Shown here: positions 1 to 8,149 of the stretch, piece after piece
Numbering within the stretch: the first letter of the stretch is position 1
How the letters are laid out: every line of letters starts with the position of its first letter
Virus record (IMG/VR): IMGVR_UViG_2974655483_000001
Span: 32,001-96,000 of that record
Direction: 5' to 3' (one strand)
DNA length: 64,000 nucleotides
From: a virus
Lineage: Duplodnaviria; Caudoviricetes
Notes under the pieces: generated by a model
Databases searched by the model: none
The model's input: the letters and a program-made list of their open reading frames with translations, nothing else
Told to the model about the DNA's origin: nothing
Translations under genes and position numbers: made by a program

Positions 1-3
1 AAA

Positions 4-876
4 ATGATGAAACAGGACTCATTACAAGAAAAGAACCCTTCAAGTACGGACTCAGGTTCTAATCAACCGAATCTTCCTATTAGTAAAACATTGGAAGATT
101 TGAAAGATATTTCTGCTTGGGAAGTTGAAAACTCTGATGTAGCATTAATGCAGTGGGCAGATCAAATCCCATTTGGTCAAAGCGAATTTCAAAATCGTTA
201 TTATGTAATCAATTCACAAATAACTCCATGGAGACAATTGCGTCAAGCAATTATGGAGTTACAAGCACGAACAAATAGTCTGCAAAAGATTACAGTACAG
301 TATAGACGTAATCTTAATGATATGGCGCGTCTTGAAAGTGAGATTGCTGAAGAAGAAAACGAATTTACAAAAACTGATCTTGAGTGTCAACTCGAAATCT
401 GTAGACTTGACACACAAGTATGGATGAATAAAATCCGTCAGTGTAAAGAAGAAACCGATGGTATTTTGACTATCATCAAAGAACGCACTGATTGTGAAGA
501 TTTGGATGCTGTCATTGCAACATTTGAAGACCCTGCTATTATTGAAGCAGAAGAGCATAAGTATTGGATTGCTCGTATGGCAAAACAGTGTGCTATTGAT
601 TTATTAACTACTGGTAGAGTTCAATCAGGTAACTTAGAAAGTATGTTGATGATGAAACCTGAAGACCAGGCAGCAATCACTGATCTTGCTCTTACATACT
701 CTACTGCAATGAATCATTCTATTGGAAAGTTCAAAGAGATTGCAGAAGATAAAGTAGAAAATATGCTGTCAGGTCGTGGACCTGAAATGTTTGACACCTC
801 TGGAATATTCACTGATTATGCTATCAACAACATCGCAAACCGCAGTCTTCAGTCTTCCGATCAACCCGAAACTTGA
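4..876 (+). CDS. Hypothetical phage protein with a long coiled coil
   Basis: 290-aa ORF; heptad-rich helical centre (RQLRQAIMELQARTNSLQK...); overlaps the next gene. Confidence 0.8.
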   Translation: MMKQDSLQEKNPSSTDSGSNQPNLPISKTLEDLKDISAWEVENSDVALMQWADQIPFGQSEFQNRYYVINSQITPWRQLRQAIMELQARTNSLQKITVQYRRNLNDMARLESEIAEEENEFTKTDLECQLEICRLDTQVWMNKIRQCKEETDGILTIIKERTDCEDLDAVIATFEDPAIIEAEEHKYWIARMAKQCAIDLLTTGRVQSGNLESMLMMKPEDQAAITDLALTYSTAMNHSIGKFKEIAEDKVENMLSGRGPEMFDTSGIFTDYAINNIANRSLQSSDQPET

Positions 877-2542
877 TCCAGAGTATATTGAGGAGAGTTT
901 TATTCCTTTCCTCAATAAACATAAGCATTTAATTTACGACTTATATTTCACATCAAGGATGCCTCCATTCGTACAAGATGCGATGGGGGATGTTTTTCGT
1001 ACAACAAAGAATGCTCAGGGTGCTGCTAAAAACTCACTGTATATTATGCAGGAGACAGGTATTCCTCTGTCTGCTACATTCAATAACATATGGGTAAGAC
1101 CTGACCAAAAGAACTTAAATCTATGGATTGATAACTTTAAGTTTCTATATGATGCTGGTGTTAGAACTGTTACTCTTCCTCATACATCTTGGGTGATGAC
1201 AGGACAAATTCAGAAAGAATATCCTGACTTAAAGATTAAGAATACTATTCTTCGTGAGGTAGTTAAACCAAACGAGATTGTTACTCTTGCTAGTTCTGGG
1301 TTTCATTATATTAACTTGGATCGTGATATTATGAGGGACCAAGATGCCTTGGTTCGTATCATGGACGCGAAGAAGTATTGTGCAGAGAAAGGAACTCCCG
1401 TAGAGTTTTCATTGTTAGCTAATGAGCATTGTTGGGGTGGTTGCCCTATCATGCCAGAGCATTATCAATACAATAGTACACGTCAGGGCACAGAACCTCA
1501 GTATTTTAACAGCGAGATCAGTCGTATTTCATGCTCACGATGGGATGAATATGATTCGGCAACAGAACTTAAGCGTGCTAATATACCGCCCTGGAGAGAC
1601 GATTGGCAATGGTTTCTAGATAATGGCATAGATGTATTCAAACTGCACGGCAGAGAGGATGCTATGCGTCTTAGAGAGTCCATGGATATTATTGAACGGT
1701 GGGAAAATGGCGATGAGATGATGTTTCCTGACTTTGATAAGTATATGCAGGATGTTGATATGCCTGATGCGCCTATTAATATCTGGAGACAGAAGATTAA
1801 GACATGTAAGTTTGACTGTTGGGATTGCAACTATTGCGAGTCCGTGATACAATCTAAATTAAAGAAGCAAAATCGTACAATGAATCCTCTTGTAGAAAGA
1901 GTTACTCGTGCCATCGATGGTGCAGTTGATAATAACTCTAATTTTAATCCAACTGATTATGATATTGTTGGTCTGTCTTCTGACAAAGTAAGACATTTCC
2001 TTAACAACCTTCTTAGTGAGCGTGGAACAGTATATGCCGATGTTGGTTGTTATACTGGTAGCACATTATTTGCTGCTATCATGGGTAATACTGCTGTAAA
2101 AGCATATGCTATCGATGATTTTTCAGATTCTACGATGAAACCAATGCGTAAGGAACTTCAAGAAGACTTTGAGGTTGATAATCCTGCTGAAATATTTGTG
2201 CAAAACTATGAGAAGTGGCAGAATCCAAATGCTGCTGTTGGATTAGTTGTTAAACCTATCTCTCAGGTAGTATTTAATCCAGAGTATCCTCCTGAGGTTC
2301 TATTTTATGATGCTGAGAATGATCCTAAACGAATGCAACCAAATCTAGAGTATCTTCACAATCAATGTGCTGATTCTTATATTCTTGTTGTTGATGATGC
2401 AAACTTTGAAGGAGTTGTATCATGTACTGATGCGTTCTTAAGTGATAAGAATGTTATTTACAAGAGATTGATTACAACTGAGACGCCTGAAGATGCTAAC
2501 GATTGGTGGAATGGTGTGTATATTATGGTGATTGAAAAGTGA
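818..2542 (+). CDS. Peptidase-U32-like (Fe-S hydroxylase family) domain fused to a class I SAM-dependent methyltransferase
   Basis: N-half has NEHCWGGCP...H, a further Cys (SCSRW), FKLHGR (cf. U32 LKIEGR) and CKFDCWDCNYC. C-half from about 1880 has DVGCYTGST motif I, YAIDDF, FYDAE, VVDD. ATG 818 preferred over GTG 776. Confidence 0.7.
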   Translation: MLSTTSQTAVFSLPINPKLDPEYIEESFIPFLNKHKHLIYDLYFTSRMPPFVQDAMGDVFRTTKNAQGAAKNSLYIMQETGIPLSATFNNIWVRPDQKNLNLWIDNFKFLYDAGVRTVTLPHTSWVMTGQIQKEYPDLKIKNTILREVVKPNEIVTLASSGFHYINLDRDIMRDQDALVRIMDAKKYCAEKGTPVEFSLLANEHCWGGCPIMPEHYQYNSTRQGTEPQYFNSEISRISCSRWDEYDSATELKRANIPPWRDDWQWFLDNGIDVFKLHGREDAMRLRESMDIIERWENGDEMMFPDFDKYMQDVDMPDAPINIWRQKIKTCKFDCWDCNYCESVIQSKLKKQNRTMNPLVERVTRAIDGAVDNNSNFNPTDYDIVGLSSDKVRHFLNNLLSERGTVYADVGCYTGSTLFAAIMGNTAVKAYAIDDFSDSTMKPMRKELQEDFEVDNPAEIFVQNYEKWQNPNAAVGLVVKPISQVVFNPEYPPEVLFYDAENDPKRMQPNLEYLHNQCADSYILVVDDANFEGVVSCTDAFLSDKNVIYKRLITTETPEDANDWWNGVYIMVIEK

Positions 2543-3039
2543 TAGATGTTGTTGATAACTTTTTAACTAGGTTGGAGTTTGAACATATTCAAAAATCTAT
2601 GCTAGGTGATTTCTTTACTTGGAATATCTCTAAGATTGTTGACGATACTACTGATAACTATAATAGAAATGTGCAAATGGTTCATATGTTTTATGGACGA
2701 CATTCTCCAGTTGATGATAGTATTGGGTTACTATATCCTATACTCCAGAAACTACAACCATGTGCATTACTAAAAATAAAAGCAAACTTTTTGGTTGGTG
2801 TAGATAATATTGTTGAACATGGTTTGCATAATGATATTTTAGATGCTGAAGATCGTCCCTATCTAAGGACATCTATCTTTTATATGAACACCTGCAATGG
2901 TTACACATTGTTTGAAGATGGCACTAAAGTTGAATCAGTAGCAAATAGGATAGTAACATTTCCAAACAGCACAAAGCATACGGGAACAACTACAACTGAT
3001 TCAGAATACAGGATGGTAATTAACTTTAACTATGTTTAG
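2539..3039 (+). CDS. 2OG-Fe(II) oxygenase
   Basis: HxD (LHND), distal H (TKHTG) and R (YRMVINFNY); double-stranded beta-helix pattern typical of cyanophage oxygenases. Confidence 0.85.
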   Translation: MIDVVDNFLTRLEFEHIQKSMLGDFFTWNISKIVDDTTDNYNRNVQMVHMFYGRHSPVDDSIGLLYPILQKLQPCALLKIKANFLVGVDNIVEHGLHNDILDAEDRPYLRTSIFYMNTCNGYTLFEDGTKVESVANRIVTFPNSTKHTGTTTTDSEYRMVINFNYV

Positions 3040-3040
3040 T

Positions 3041-3100
3041 GTGCCAGTTGAAACAAGTGGCACAAGAGGGGTTGCGACCCCTCTTTTTTCATGCTATATT
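3041..3100 (+). promoter_or_regulatory. Early-promoter cassette copy 1 (palindrome + sigma70 promoter)
   Basis: GTGCCA-N11-TGGCAC at 3041-3063; -35 TTGCGA 3072-3077, 17-bp spacer, TGc-TATATT -10 at 3095-3100. Confidence 0.75.
3065..3089 (+). terminator. Intrinsic terminator overlapping the -35 box
   Basis: AGAGGGGT-TGCG-ACCCCTCT hairpin followed by a T run, just after the oxygenase stop. Confidence 0.8.
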
Positions 3101-3125
3101 ACATAGGTAAACAAATGACAGGATC

Positions 3126-3329
3126 ATGCCTCAATTCACTCTCATCTGTACCGATGAAGATTCGACAGTAACAACTAAAGAATTTGAAGCAACTATCCTA
3201 GAAGATGTTGTAGACAAGACAGAAGACTTTTTGAAGGGTGTTGGTTATTGTTTTGAACAACTACGCACACAAGTGTACCCTCTCCCCGAAATTGATGACA
3301 TTCGTTCAATTTACAAGGATGTAGACTGA
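3126..3329 (+). CDS. Small acidic hypothetical protein
   Basis: 67-aa ORF directly downstream of a promoter, with AGGA ribosome-binding site. Confidence 0.75.
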   Translation: MPQFTLICTDEDSTVTTKEFEATILEDVVDKTEDFLKGVGYCFEQLRTQVYPLPEIDDIRSIYKDVD

Positions 3330-3368
3330 TACATATTAATGTAATTTATCATTGATCATTTCATTACA

Positions 3369-3566
3369 ATGGGTAAAACTTTTCGGCGTGGCGGAAGCGA
3401 GCGAGGGTACTATTCTCCTGGCAAATCAATCCGTGATAAGCGAGCAAAAGGCGGCACTAATCGTTCACCAAGATCAGAAGAAAACTATGACGATTTCCAA
3501 ACTAAAGGAAACAAAAAAGGAAAAAAGTTCAACTCTGAACTTGACAATGATACTGGATGGTACTGA
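3369..3566 (+). CDS. Small basic hypothetical protein (MGKTFRRGG...)
   Basis: 65-aa ATG ORF; preferred over the overlapping 3352 frame. Confidence 0.7.
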   Translation: MGKTFRRGGSERGYYSPGKSIRDKRAKGGTNRSPRSEENYDDFQTKGNKKGKKFNSELDNDTGWY

Positions 3567-3642
3567 AACTGACTTGGAAGAATTGGAATTTGATGATTAT
3601 TCTGAGATAGATTACGATCTTGACTTCGCCGTACAGTATTAA
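3547..3642 (+). CDS. Very acidic 31-aa peptide
   Basis: ATG 3547, MILDGTETDLEELEFDDYSEIDYDLDFAVQY; fills the gap between neighbouring genes. Confidence 0.4.
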   Translation: MILDGTETDLEELEFDDYSEIDYDLDFAVQY

Positions 3643-3646
3643 TTCC

Positions 3647-3832
3647 ATGGACTTTGATAAAGAATCGCAAGACATTAAGTTCAACCGAGGACTTGATTTG
3701 TTCATGGAATCTGTCCTTAAACCAGACAGTAAGTTGCGTGAGTGTGCTCACAACCAAAAATGTTACACCGAACTGATGTATGTCCGTTCTTATGTTCTTG
3801 ATTATCTAAAAACTCTAAGAAGAGACGACTGA
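3647..3832 (+). CDS. Hypothetical cyanophage protein
   Basis: MDFDKESQDIKFNRGLDLFMESVLKPD...; translationally coupled to the next ORF (TGATG). Confidence 0.75.
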   Translation: MDFDKESQDIKFNRGLDLFMESVLKPDSKLRECAHNQKCYTELMYVRSYVLDYLKTLRRDD

Positions 3833-4029
3833 TGCAATTTCTACACTCAGCAATCCTTAATATGGATGAGAAGGTGGTACTAAAGGATGCGTTGCTTCTG
3901 TATGTTTCCGACATACAGAAACGATACTACGCTGATGGTGCAATTCCTGAAGATGTGTATCTAAGTAAGATGGAACACATAAAAGAAATAGTTGAAACAT
4001 TACATTTAAGTGAGTTATATCGCCAATGA
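3832..4029 (+). CDS. Hypothetical protein
   Basis: 65-aa ORF coupled on both sides. Confidence 0.7.
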   Translation: MQFLHSAILNMDEKVVLKDALLLYVSDIQKRYYADGAIPEDVYLSKMEHIKEIVETLHLSELYRQ

Positions 4030-4652
4030 GTATTGAAATGTTCTGTCCCCAATGGTATTACATTGGGACAGTTTCTGATGAGAATCAAACGTCTATTAGA
4101 GAATTGTTTGATGAGTTCTTATCAATTGAGGATAACTTTACACAACCAGATGAATGGAAGTGTACTGTAAAAAGTTCATATAATAATCCAGGAAACAATA
4201 CTGCTCCTTGGACAGAGTTTCTGTCATTAATAGATGAGCAGATTGATGAGTTTATGAATGGTATGTCTCCAACTGTTGATGTAACATTAATACCCAAAGA
4301 AGCATGGGTTAATAAGTATCCAAAGGGTGGTTTCCAAGAATATCACGATCACTCTGTGCCTAACTGTAACTTAAGTATGGTTTATTTCTTTACAGAATTT
4401 GACGATACTGTCTTTAGGTTCTATAATAACGAGGATTCTAAATATAAATCATCAGGATTAAAGCAGGTGTTCACTATTCCTAGTGCAAATGCAATTATTC
4501 CTAAAGTACATCAAGGAGATGTTATGATCTTTCCGTCATTCTATCCCCATTATGTGTGTCCCAATGGCAATGATGAAGAAAGGATTACATTTTCTGCTAA
4601 CTTCCTTGTGACACCTCAAGAACCTGCACAGGGTTCCCCCCAAACTCCCTAA
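4026..4652 (+). CDS. 2OG-Fe(II) oxygenase (TIGR02466/2OG-FeII_Oxy_5-like)
   Basis: AWVNKY..GGFQEYHDH, LSMVYF, GDVMIFPSFYPHYV, ERITFSANF. Confidence 0.85.
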   Translation: MSIEMFCPQWYYIGTVSDENQTSIRELFDEFLSIEDNFTQPDEWKCTVKSSYNNPGNNTAPWTEFLSLIDEQIDEFMNGMSPTVDVTLIPKEAWVNKYPKGGFQEYHDHSVPNCNLSMVYFFTEFDDTVFRFYNNEDSKYKSSGLKQVFTIPSANAIIPKVHQGDVMIFPSFYPHYVCPNGNDEERITFSANFLVTPQEPAQGSPQTP

Positions 4653-4665
4653 TCTATGCAATACT
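4608..4665 (+). promoter_or_regulatory. Early-promoter cassette copy 2 (degenerate, no TTG -35)
   Basis: GTGACA...TGCAC at 4608-4629; CCCCCCAAA in the -35 region; TGc-AATACT -10 at 4660-4665. Confidence 0.55.
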
Positions 4666-4669
4666 AATA

Positions 4670-4846
4670 ATGTTGGAGAAAGAAATCCGCCTATTGAACA
4701 AAGTCATCAAGAAAGGCGAAAGTGGTGAAGTCAGATATTCTGACGATGAACTGCACAGACTCAAGCAAAAACGTCGCCAGTTGAAAAACTGGAAACAATC
4801 AGCAATCACCTCACAAAACAATGGATTCGGTCAGTATGTTCAGTGA
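4670..4846 (+). CDS. Small basic hypothetical protein (58 aa, below ORF-track cutoff)
   Basis: MLEKEIRLLNKVIKKGESGEVRYSDDELHRLKQKRRQLKNWKQSAITSQNNGFGQYVQ. Confidence 0.65.
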   Translation: MLEKEIRLLNKVIKKGESGEVRYSDDELHRLKQKRRQLKNWKQSAITSQNNGFGQYVQ

Positions 4847-4967
4847 TGAAACCTTCAATGTCCAATGGGATTCAAAGGACAAAGTACAAATTGAGGAAGA
4901 CGATTGGGTCTCTTCTATTCTTGGAACTGAAGAAGATGCAATCTACGATGTGTTAGCGGAACTATGA
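4836..4967 (+). CDS. Small acidic hypothetical protein (43 aa)
   Basis: MFSDETFNVQWDSKDKVQIEEDDWVSSILGTEEDAIYDVLAEL; ATGA overlap with the next gene. Confidence 0.6.
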   Translation: MFSDETFNVQWDSKDKVQIEEDDWVSSILGTEEDAIYDVLAEL

Positions 4968-5155
4968 TTGGACTACGAGTTAGGATTAGACCCAAGAGCA
5001 GAGATGCTATTGAAAAGTTTAGATATGACATGAAGCGTAACAATGTGATGTATGTCACTGATCGTAAACGCTTGTGGCATCTATTTAATCCTGACTCGGG
5101 TATTAACTTATGGGTACACCCCACAGACGATCCTAACTGGGAAATTATTCGATGA
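4964..5155 (+). CDS. Hypothetical protein
   Basis: 63-aa ORF coupled on both sides by ATGA overlaps. Confidence 0.7.
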   Translation: MIGLRVRIRPKSRDAIEKFRYDMKRNNVMYVTDRKRLWHLFNPDSGINLWVHPTDDPNWEIIR

Positions 5156-5310
5156 AAGACTATGATCGTTGGCGTATTCTCTGGAAGAAAGAGAAGAAAC
5201 CAGGATTTTATGCAACTCAAGAAGTTGTAGTTTATGGAATGCACAATGTTGAATATGTAATTGACAATGTTGTGCCAGAAAATGTAAACTGGGATGTTCT
5301 CCCAGCGTGA
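5152..5310 (+). CDS. Hypothetical protein (52 aa)
   Basis: MKDYDRWRILWKKEKKPGFYATQEVVVYGMHNVEYVIDNVVPENVNWDVLPA; stop TGA lies in the cassette GTGACA. Confidence 0.65.
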   Translation: MKDYDRWRILWKKEKKPGFYATQEVVVYGMHNVEYVIDNVVPENVNWDVLPA

Positions 5311-5380
5311 CAGTCGCTGAACTGGTCGGGCACCCTTGACGCGGTGCCTTTTTTGTGCCATACTATAAGAGTCAAAGGAA
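5307..5380 (+). promoter_or_regulatory. Early-promoter cassette copy 3 with terminator-like hairpin
   Basis: GTGACAGTCGCTGAACTGGTC; TTGACG 5336-5341, 17 bp, TGc-CATACT 5359-5364; conserved ATAAGAGTCAAAGGAA leader. Confidence 0.85.
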
Positions 5381-5384
5381 ACGC

Positions 5385-5564
5385 ATGATTTTTGATTTTG
5401 AAACTGAGTATCATTGGGGTGCTCTCATGGTCAAACTTGTTCCTATGTTTGCCATGGATGTTTACAAAGCATCCGATGATGAATTAGTATGGGTCTTTGA
5501 TGTGAACAATCCCAAGAATGGGTATCATGTCCCCGCTCGCAATCTCTCCACCTATTCTTATTAA
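5385..5564 (+). CDS. Hypothetical protein (59 aa)
   Basis: ATG 5385 after AAAGGAA in the cassette leader; the 5355 extension in the ORF track runs through the promoter. Confidence 0.7.
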   Translation: MIFDFETEYHWGALMVKLVPMFAMDVYKASDDELVWVFDVNNPKNGYHVPARNLSTYSY

Positions 5565-5566
5565 TT

Positions 5567-6385
5567 ATGCGTAAACCATTCCTTAAGTGGGCAGGTAACA
5601 AGTATAGAGTTCTAGAGCATTTACTGCCTCTGATTGGTACTCCAAAAACATATGTCGAACCTTTCGCTGGTAGTTGTGCAGCAGCATTAAATGTTGATGC
5701 CAAACAATATGTGATGAATGATATTAATGCTGATCTTATCAATCTTTACAAGTACCTGACTAATCCAAACGACGGCAGTTTTATTCAACACTGTGGCGAC
5801 TTCTTTCATCACCAGAAGAATGACAAGGAAGAATATATTACACTTCGTAAGTATTTCAACGACAGCACTGATACACTAGAACGTTCACGCCTGTTTGTAT
5901 ATCTCAATCGTCACTGTTTCAATGGTCTGACTCGATACAATTCGAGTGGTGGTTTTAATGTGCCATTTGGTAAGATGAAGAATCCAATGTTACCTAGCAC
6001 AGCAATGATGGACTTTCGTATGTATTTTCTCATGCGTCAGCATATCTTTGCTAACGTACACTTTGATGATGACCGTTTATATACAGGACTAGGATCTGGT
6101 GATGTAGTATACATGGACCCTCCCTATGTTCCTGCCTCTGATACTGCTAACTTTGCAAGTTATGCCAAGGAAGGGTTCGCATATGATGAGCAAGTTGCAC
6201 TGGTAAAGAGAGCAGAATCTCTTGCTAGTCAGGGTGCTAAAGTTATCGTTAGCAACCATGATACTGACGTTAGTAGAGAACTATACAAAAATGCAGAAAT
6301 CTATCCGTTGCAGGTGTCCCGTAGCATCTCTGCCAAGGGCAGCAGCAGAAAAAAAGCAAATGAACTTATTGCAGTCTATTCATGA
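5567..6385 (+). CDS. dam: DNA adenine methyltransferase, Dam/D12 class
   Basis: FLKWAGNK, YVEPFAGS (motif I), YLNRHCFNGLTRYNSSGGFNVPFG, YMDPPY (motif IV). Confidence 0.95.
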   Translation: MRKPFLKWAGNKYRVLEHLLPLIGTPKTYVEPFAGSCAAALNVDAKQYVMNDINADLINLYKYLTNPNDGSFIQHCGDFFHHQKNDKEEYITLRKYFNDSTDTLERSRLFVYLNRHCFNGLTRYNSSGGFNVPFGKMKNPMLPSTAMMDFRMYFLMRQHIFANVHFDDDRLYTGLGSGDVVYMDPPYVPASDTANFASYAKEGFAYDEQVALVKRAESLASQGAKVIVSNHDTDVSRELYKNAEIYPLQVSRSISAKGSSRKKANELIAVYS

Positions 6386-6639
6386 TTACTAATCTAAAAC
6401 GAAAGACCATCAAACAGCACTTAGTGATGTGTGCAACTATGGGAATCTGTAGTAATGTGCAAACACCGAAAGAATGGGCACAACTTATGGGTTATAAGGT
6501 CCATTCTGTTCGTCATGCTAACCTCGCTACTCTAAATGTGGCAGCAGCAGGTAAAGAATTGAATAGAGAAATGGGTTACGATTACATTTATGAGCATTTT
6601 CCTCTATGGTCGCATAATAAGAAGTATAGTCCCATGTGA
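6382..6639 (+). CDS. Hypothetical protein
   Basis: 85-aa ORF with ATGA overlap with dam; stop inside the next cassette. Confidence 0.7.
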   Translation: MITNLKRKTIKQHLVMCATMGICSNVQTPKEWAQLMGYKVHSVRHANLATLNVAAAGKELNREMGYDYIYEHFPLWSHNKKYSPM

Positions 6640-6710
6640 CAGTTGATTGAACTGTCCACTATCACTTGCAAAGCACCTCAAAAGGTGCAATACTATAAGA
6701 GTCAAAGGAA
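6636..6710 (+). promoter_or_regulatory. Early-promoter cassette copy 4
   Basis: GTGACAGTTGATTGAACTGTCCAC; TTGCAA 6666-6671, 17 bp, AATACT 6689-6694; ATAAGAGTCAAAGGAA. Confidence 0.85.
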
Positions 6711-6722
6711 CCGATCAACCCC

Positions 6723-7157
6723 ATGGCAACACACGCTCCCCGCCGCACTGACAAGACTGGCAAATGCTTTGAATATTTTTGTGAGCATCTCTTGTGCCTC
6801 TCTGGTTCTAATGTAGAGGAGCAAGAAAACATCGGTTTGCGTCCTACAGGTGGTGCTCACAATACAGACCTAATCGTTGATGAGGAGGTTATTATTTCTC
6901 TGAAATATCAGGACGTTGCTGGTACTGCTGAGGAGAAGATTCCATACGAGCAGATGTGTTTACAGCACGCATGTGAGACCTATGGATATAAAAAAGCAGT
7001 CGTAGTCCTTGCTGGTCCTGGTTGGTCACACGATGATTCTTATCGTGAAAATGTGTTTGGGCAGTGGATGAATACTCCTGACGTTTCTATCATCAACTTC
7101 GATGAGTTTCTTGATGAGTTTCAACTATGGGAAACCTTCCTGTCTGAGGTCATGTGA
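6723..7157 (+). CDS. PD-(D/E)xK superfamily nuclease (restriction-endonuclease-like)
   Basis: GKCFE helix Glu, TDLIV, ISLKYQDVAGTAEEKIPY, VVVLAGPGW. Confidence 0.7.
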   Translation: MATHAPRRTDKTGKCFEYFCEHLLCLSGSNVEEQENIGLRPTGGAHNTDLIVDEEVIISLKYQDVAGTAEEKIPYEQMCLQHACETYGYKKAVVVLAGPGWSHDDSYRENVFGQWMNTPDVSIINFDEFLDEFQLWETFLSEVM

Positions 7158-7225
7158 CAGTTGGTTAAACTGTCCACCAAACCCCCCAAAGCACCCTGGA
7201 AGGTGCCATACTATAAAAGTCAAAA
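7154..7225 (+). promoter_or_regulatory. Early-promoter cassette copy 5 (CCCCCCAAA instead of TTG -35)
   Basis: GTGACAGTTGGTTAAACTGTCCAC; TGc-CATACT 7207-7212; ATAAAAGTCAAA. Confidence 0.75.
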
Positions 7226-7234
7226 CAAACATCC

Positions 7235-8146
7235 ATGACAAACCTCACCAAACTGGTAAAAGATATCGAGACGGGCAATCGTCCTTCCAATGATATTGAC
7301 ATCACCCAATTCTTCAAGAAAACAATTAGTGGTGAATATGTTCCTGATATGAGTACACGTATTCAGGTGCGTAATCGAGATCGTGATGTAGATTTTGTTG
7401 AGCGAACTGTTAATAAGATTAACAAAACTGGTGACAGAAGTAAACTTTCTACCCTGACTACTGTATTCTTTCCTAAGACAAATGCAGTAAAACTTCTCAA
7501 CGGAAACCATACTGCTGAGATCGAGTTGCAGTTGGGACTGCGAAAGGCAGTTGCTAACTCTATCAATTTTGATACAGAGTTGGGTGGTAAAATGTCACTG
7601 GCACGGCGTCTTGGTAATCTACTCAACCGTGAGGAAGTAGAACGCAATTCTACTTCTGCTGATGACGTAAGAGGAGAACTCTATGCAATCATGGACGAAC
7701 GTATTGCTGAAGGAAAAGATGCAAAACCTTCAGAAAGTGAAATTCAAGAACTGATTGAGTTGTATCCTTTTGTCAGTCGCTTAACAATCGGGCAATGGAT
7801 TTCTTATCACGCCCAGGGTGGAAGCAGACGTGCTCCTTTGAAATCTTACTCGGGAGAAGAACTTAAGCAACAGAAAGAATTTTACACTAAGCAGAGAAAG
7901 TATCGTGATTATGTAATCCTGGCACCTCGTACACTTGGCGCATGGGAGAGTACAGGAGTTGCACAATCATTCATTCAATGTAAGAATGAAAATAAGACTA
8001 AGGTTCTTGTTCCATTCTATTGTGCATCTGTTGCAGAGTCTGAAAAACTTGAGAAAGGCGAAGATGTAAGAATTGAAACATTTTATAGGGAACTTGGTGC
8101 ATACTATGGTCTCACTTTTGAAGTTGATTTTCTGAGTTGTGAGTGA
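7235..8146 (+). CDS. Hypothetical protein, possibly with a ParB/Srx-like N-terminal domain
   Basis: 303 aa; IQVR...LLNGNHT resembles the ParB/Srx hhDGxHR motif. ORF is secure, function is weak. Confidence 0.6.
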   Translation: MTNLTKLVKDIETGNRPSNDIDITQFFKKTISGEYVPDMSTRIQVRNRDRDVDFVERTVNKINKTGDRSKLSTLTTVFFPKTNAVKLLNGNHTAEIELQLGLRKAVANSINFDTELGGKMSLARRLGNLLNREEVERNSTSADDVRGELYAIMDERIAEGKDAKPSESEIQELIELYPFVSRLTIGQWISYHAQGGSRRAPLKSYSGEELKQQKEFYTKQRKYRDYVILAPRTLGAWESTGVAQSFIQCKNENKTKVLVPFYCASVAESEKLEKGEDVRIETFYRELGAYYGLTFEVDFLSCE

Positions 8147-8149
8147 CGT

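Noticed and set aside
776-1879. Annotation of the U32-like domain as a collagenase/protease
   Set aside because: Characterised U32 members are Fe-S hydroxylases; the conserved residues here are Cys/His ligands rather than a protease triad
3352-3546. 96-aa ORF starting at TTG 3352
   Set aside because: Overlaps the better ATG ORF 3369-3566; only the acidic tail from 3547 is plausible
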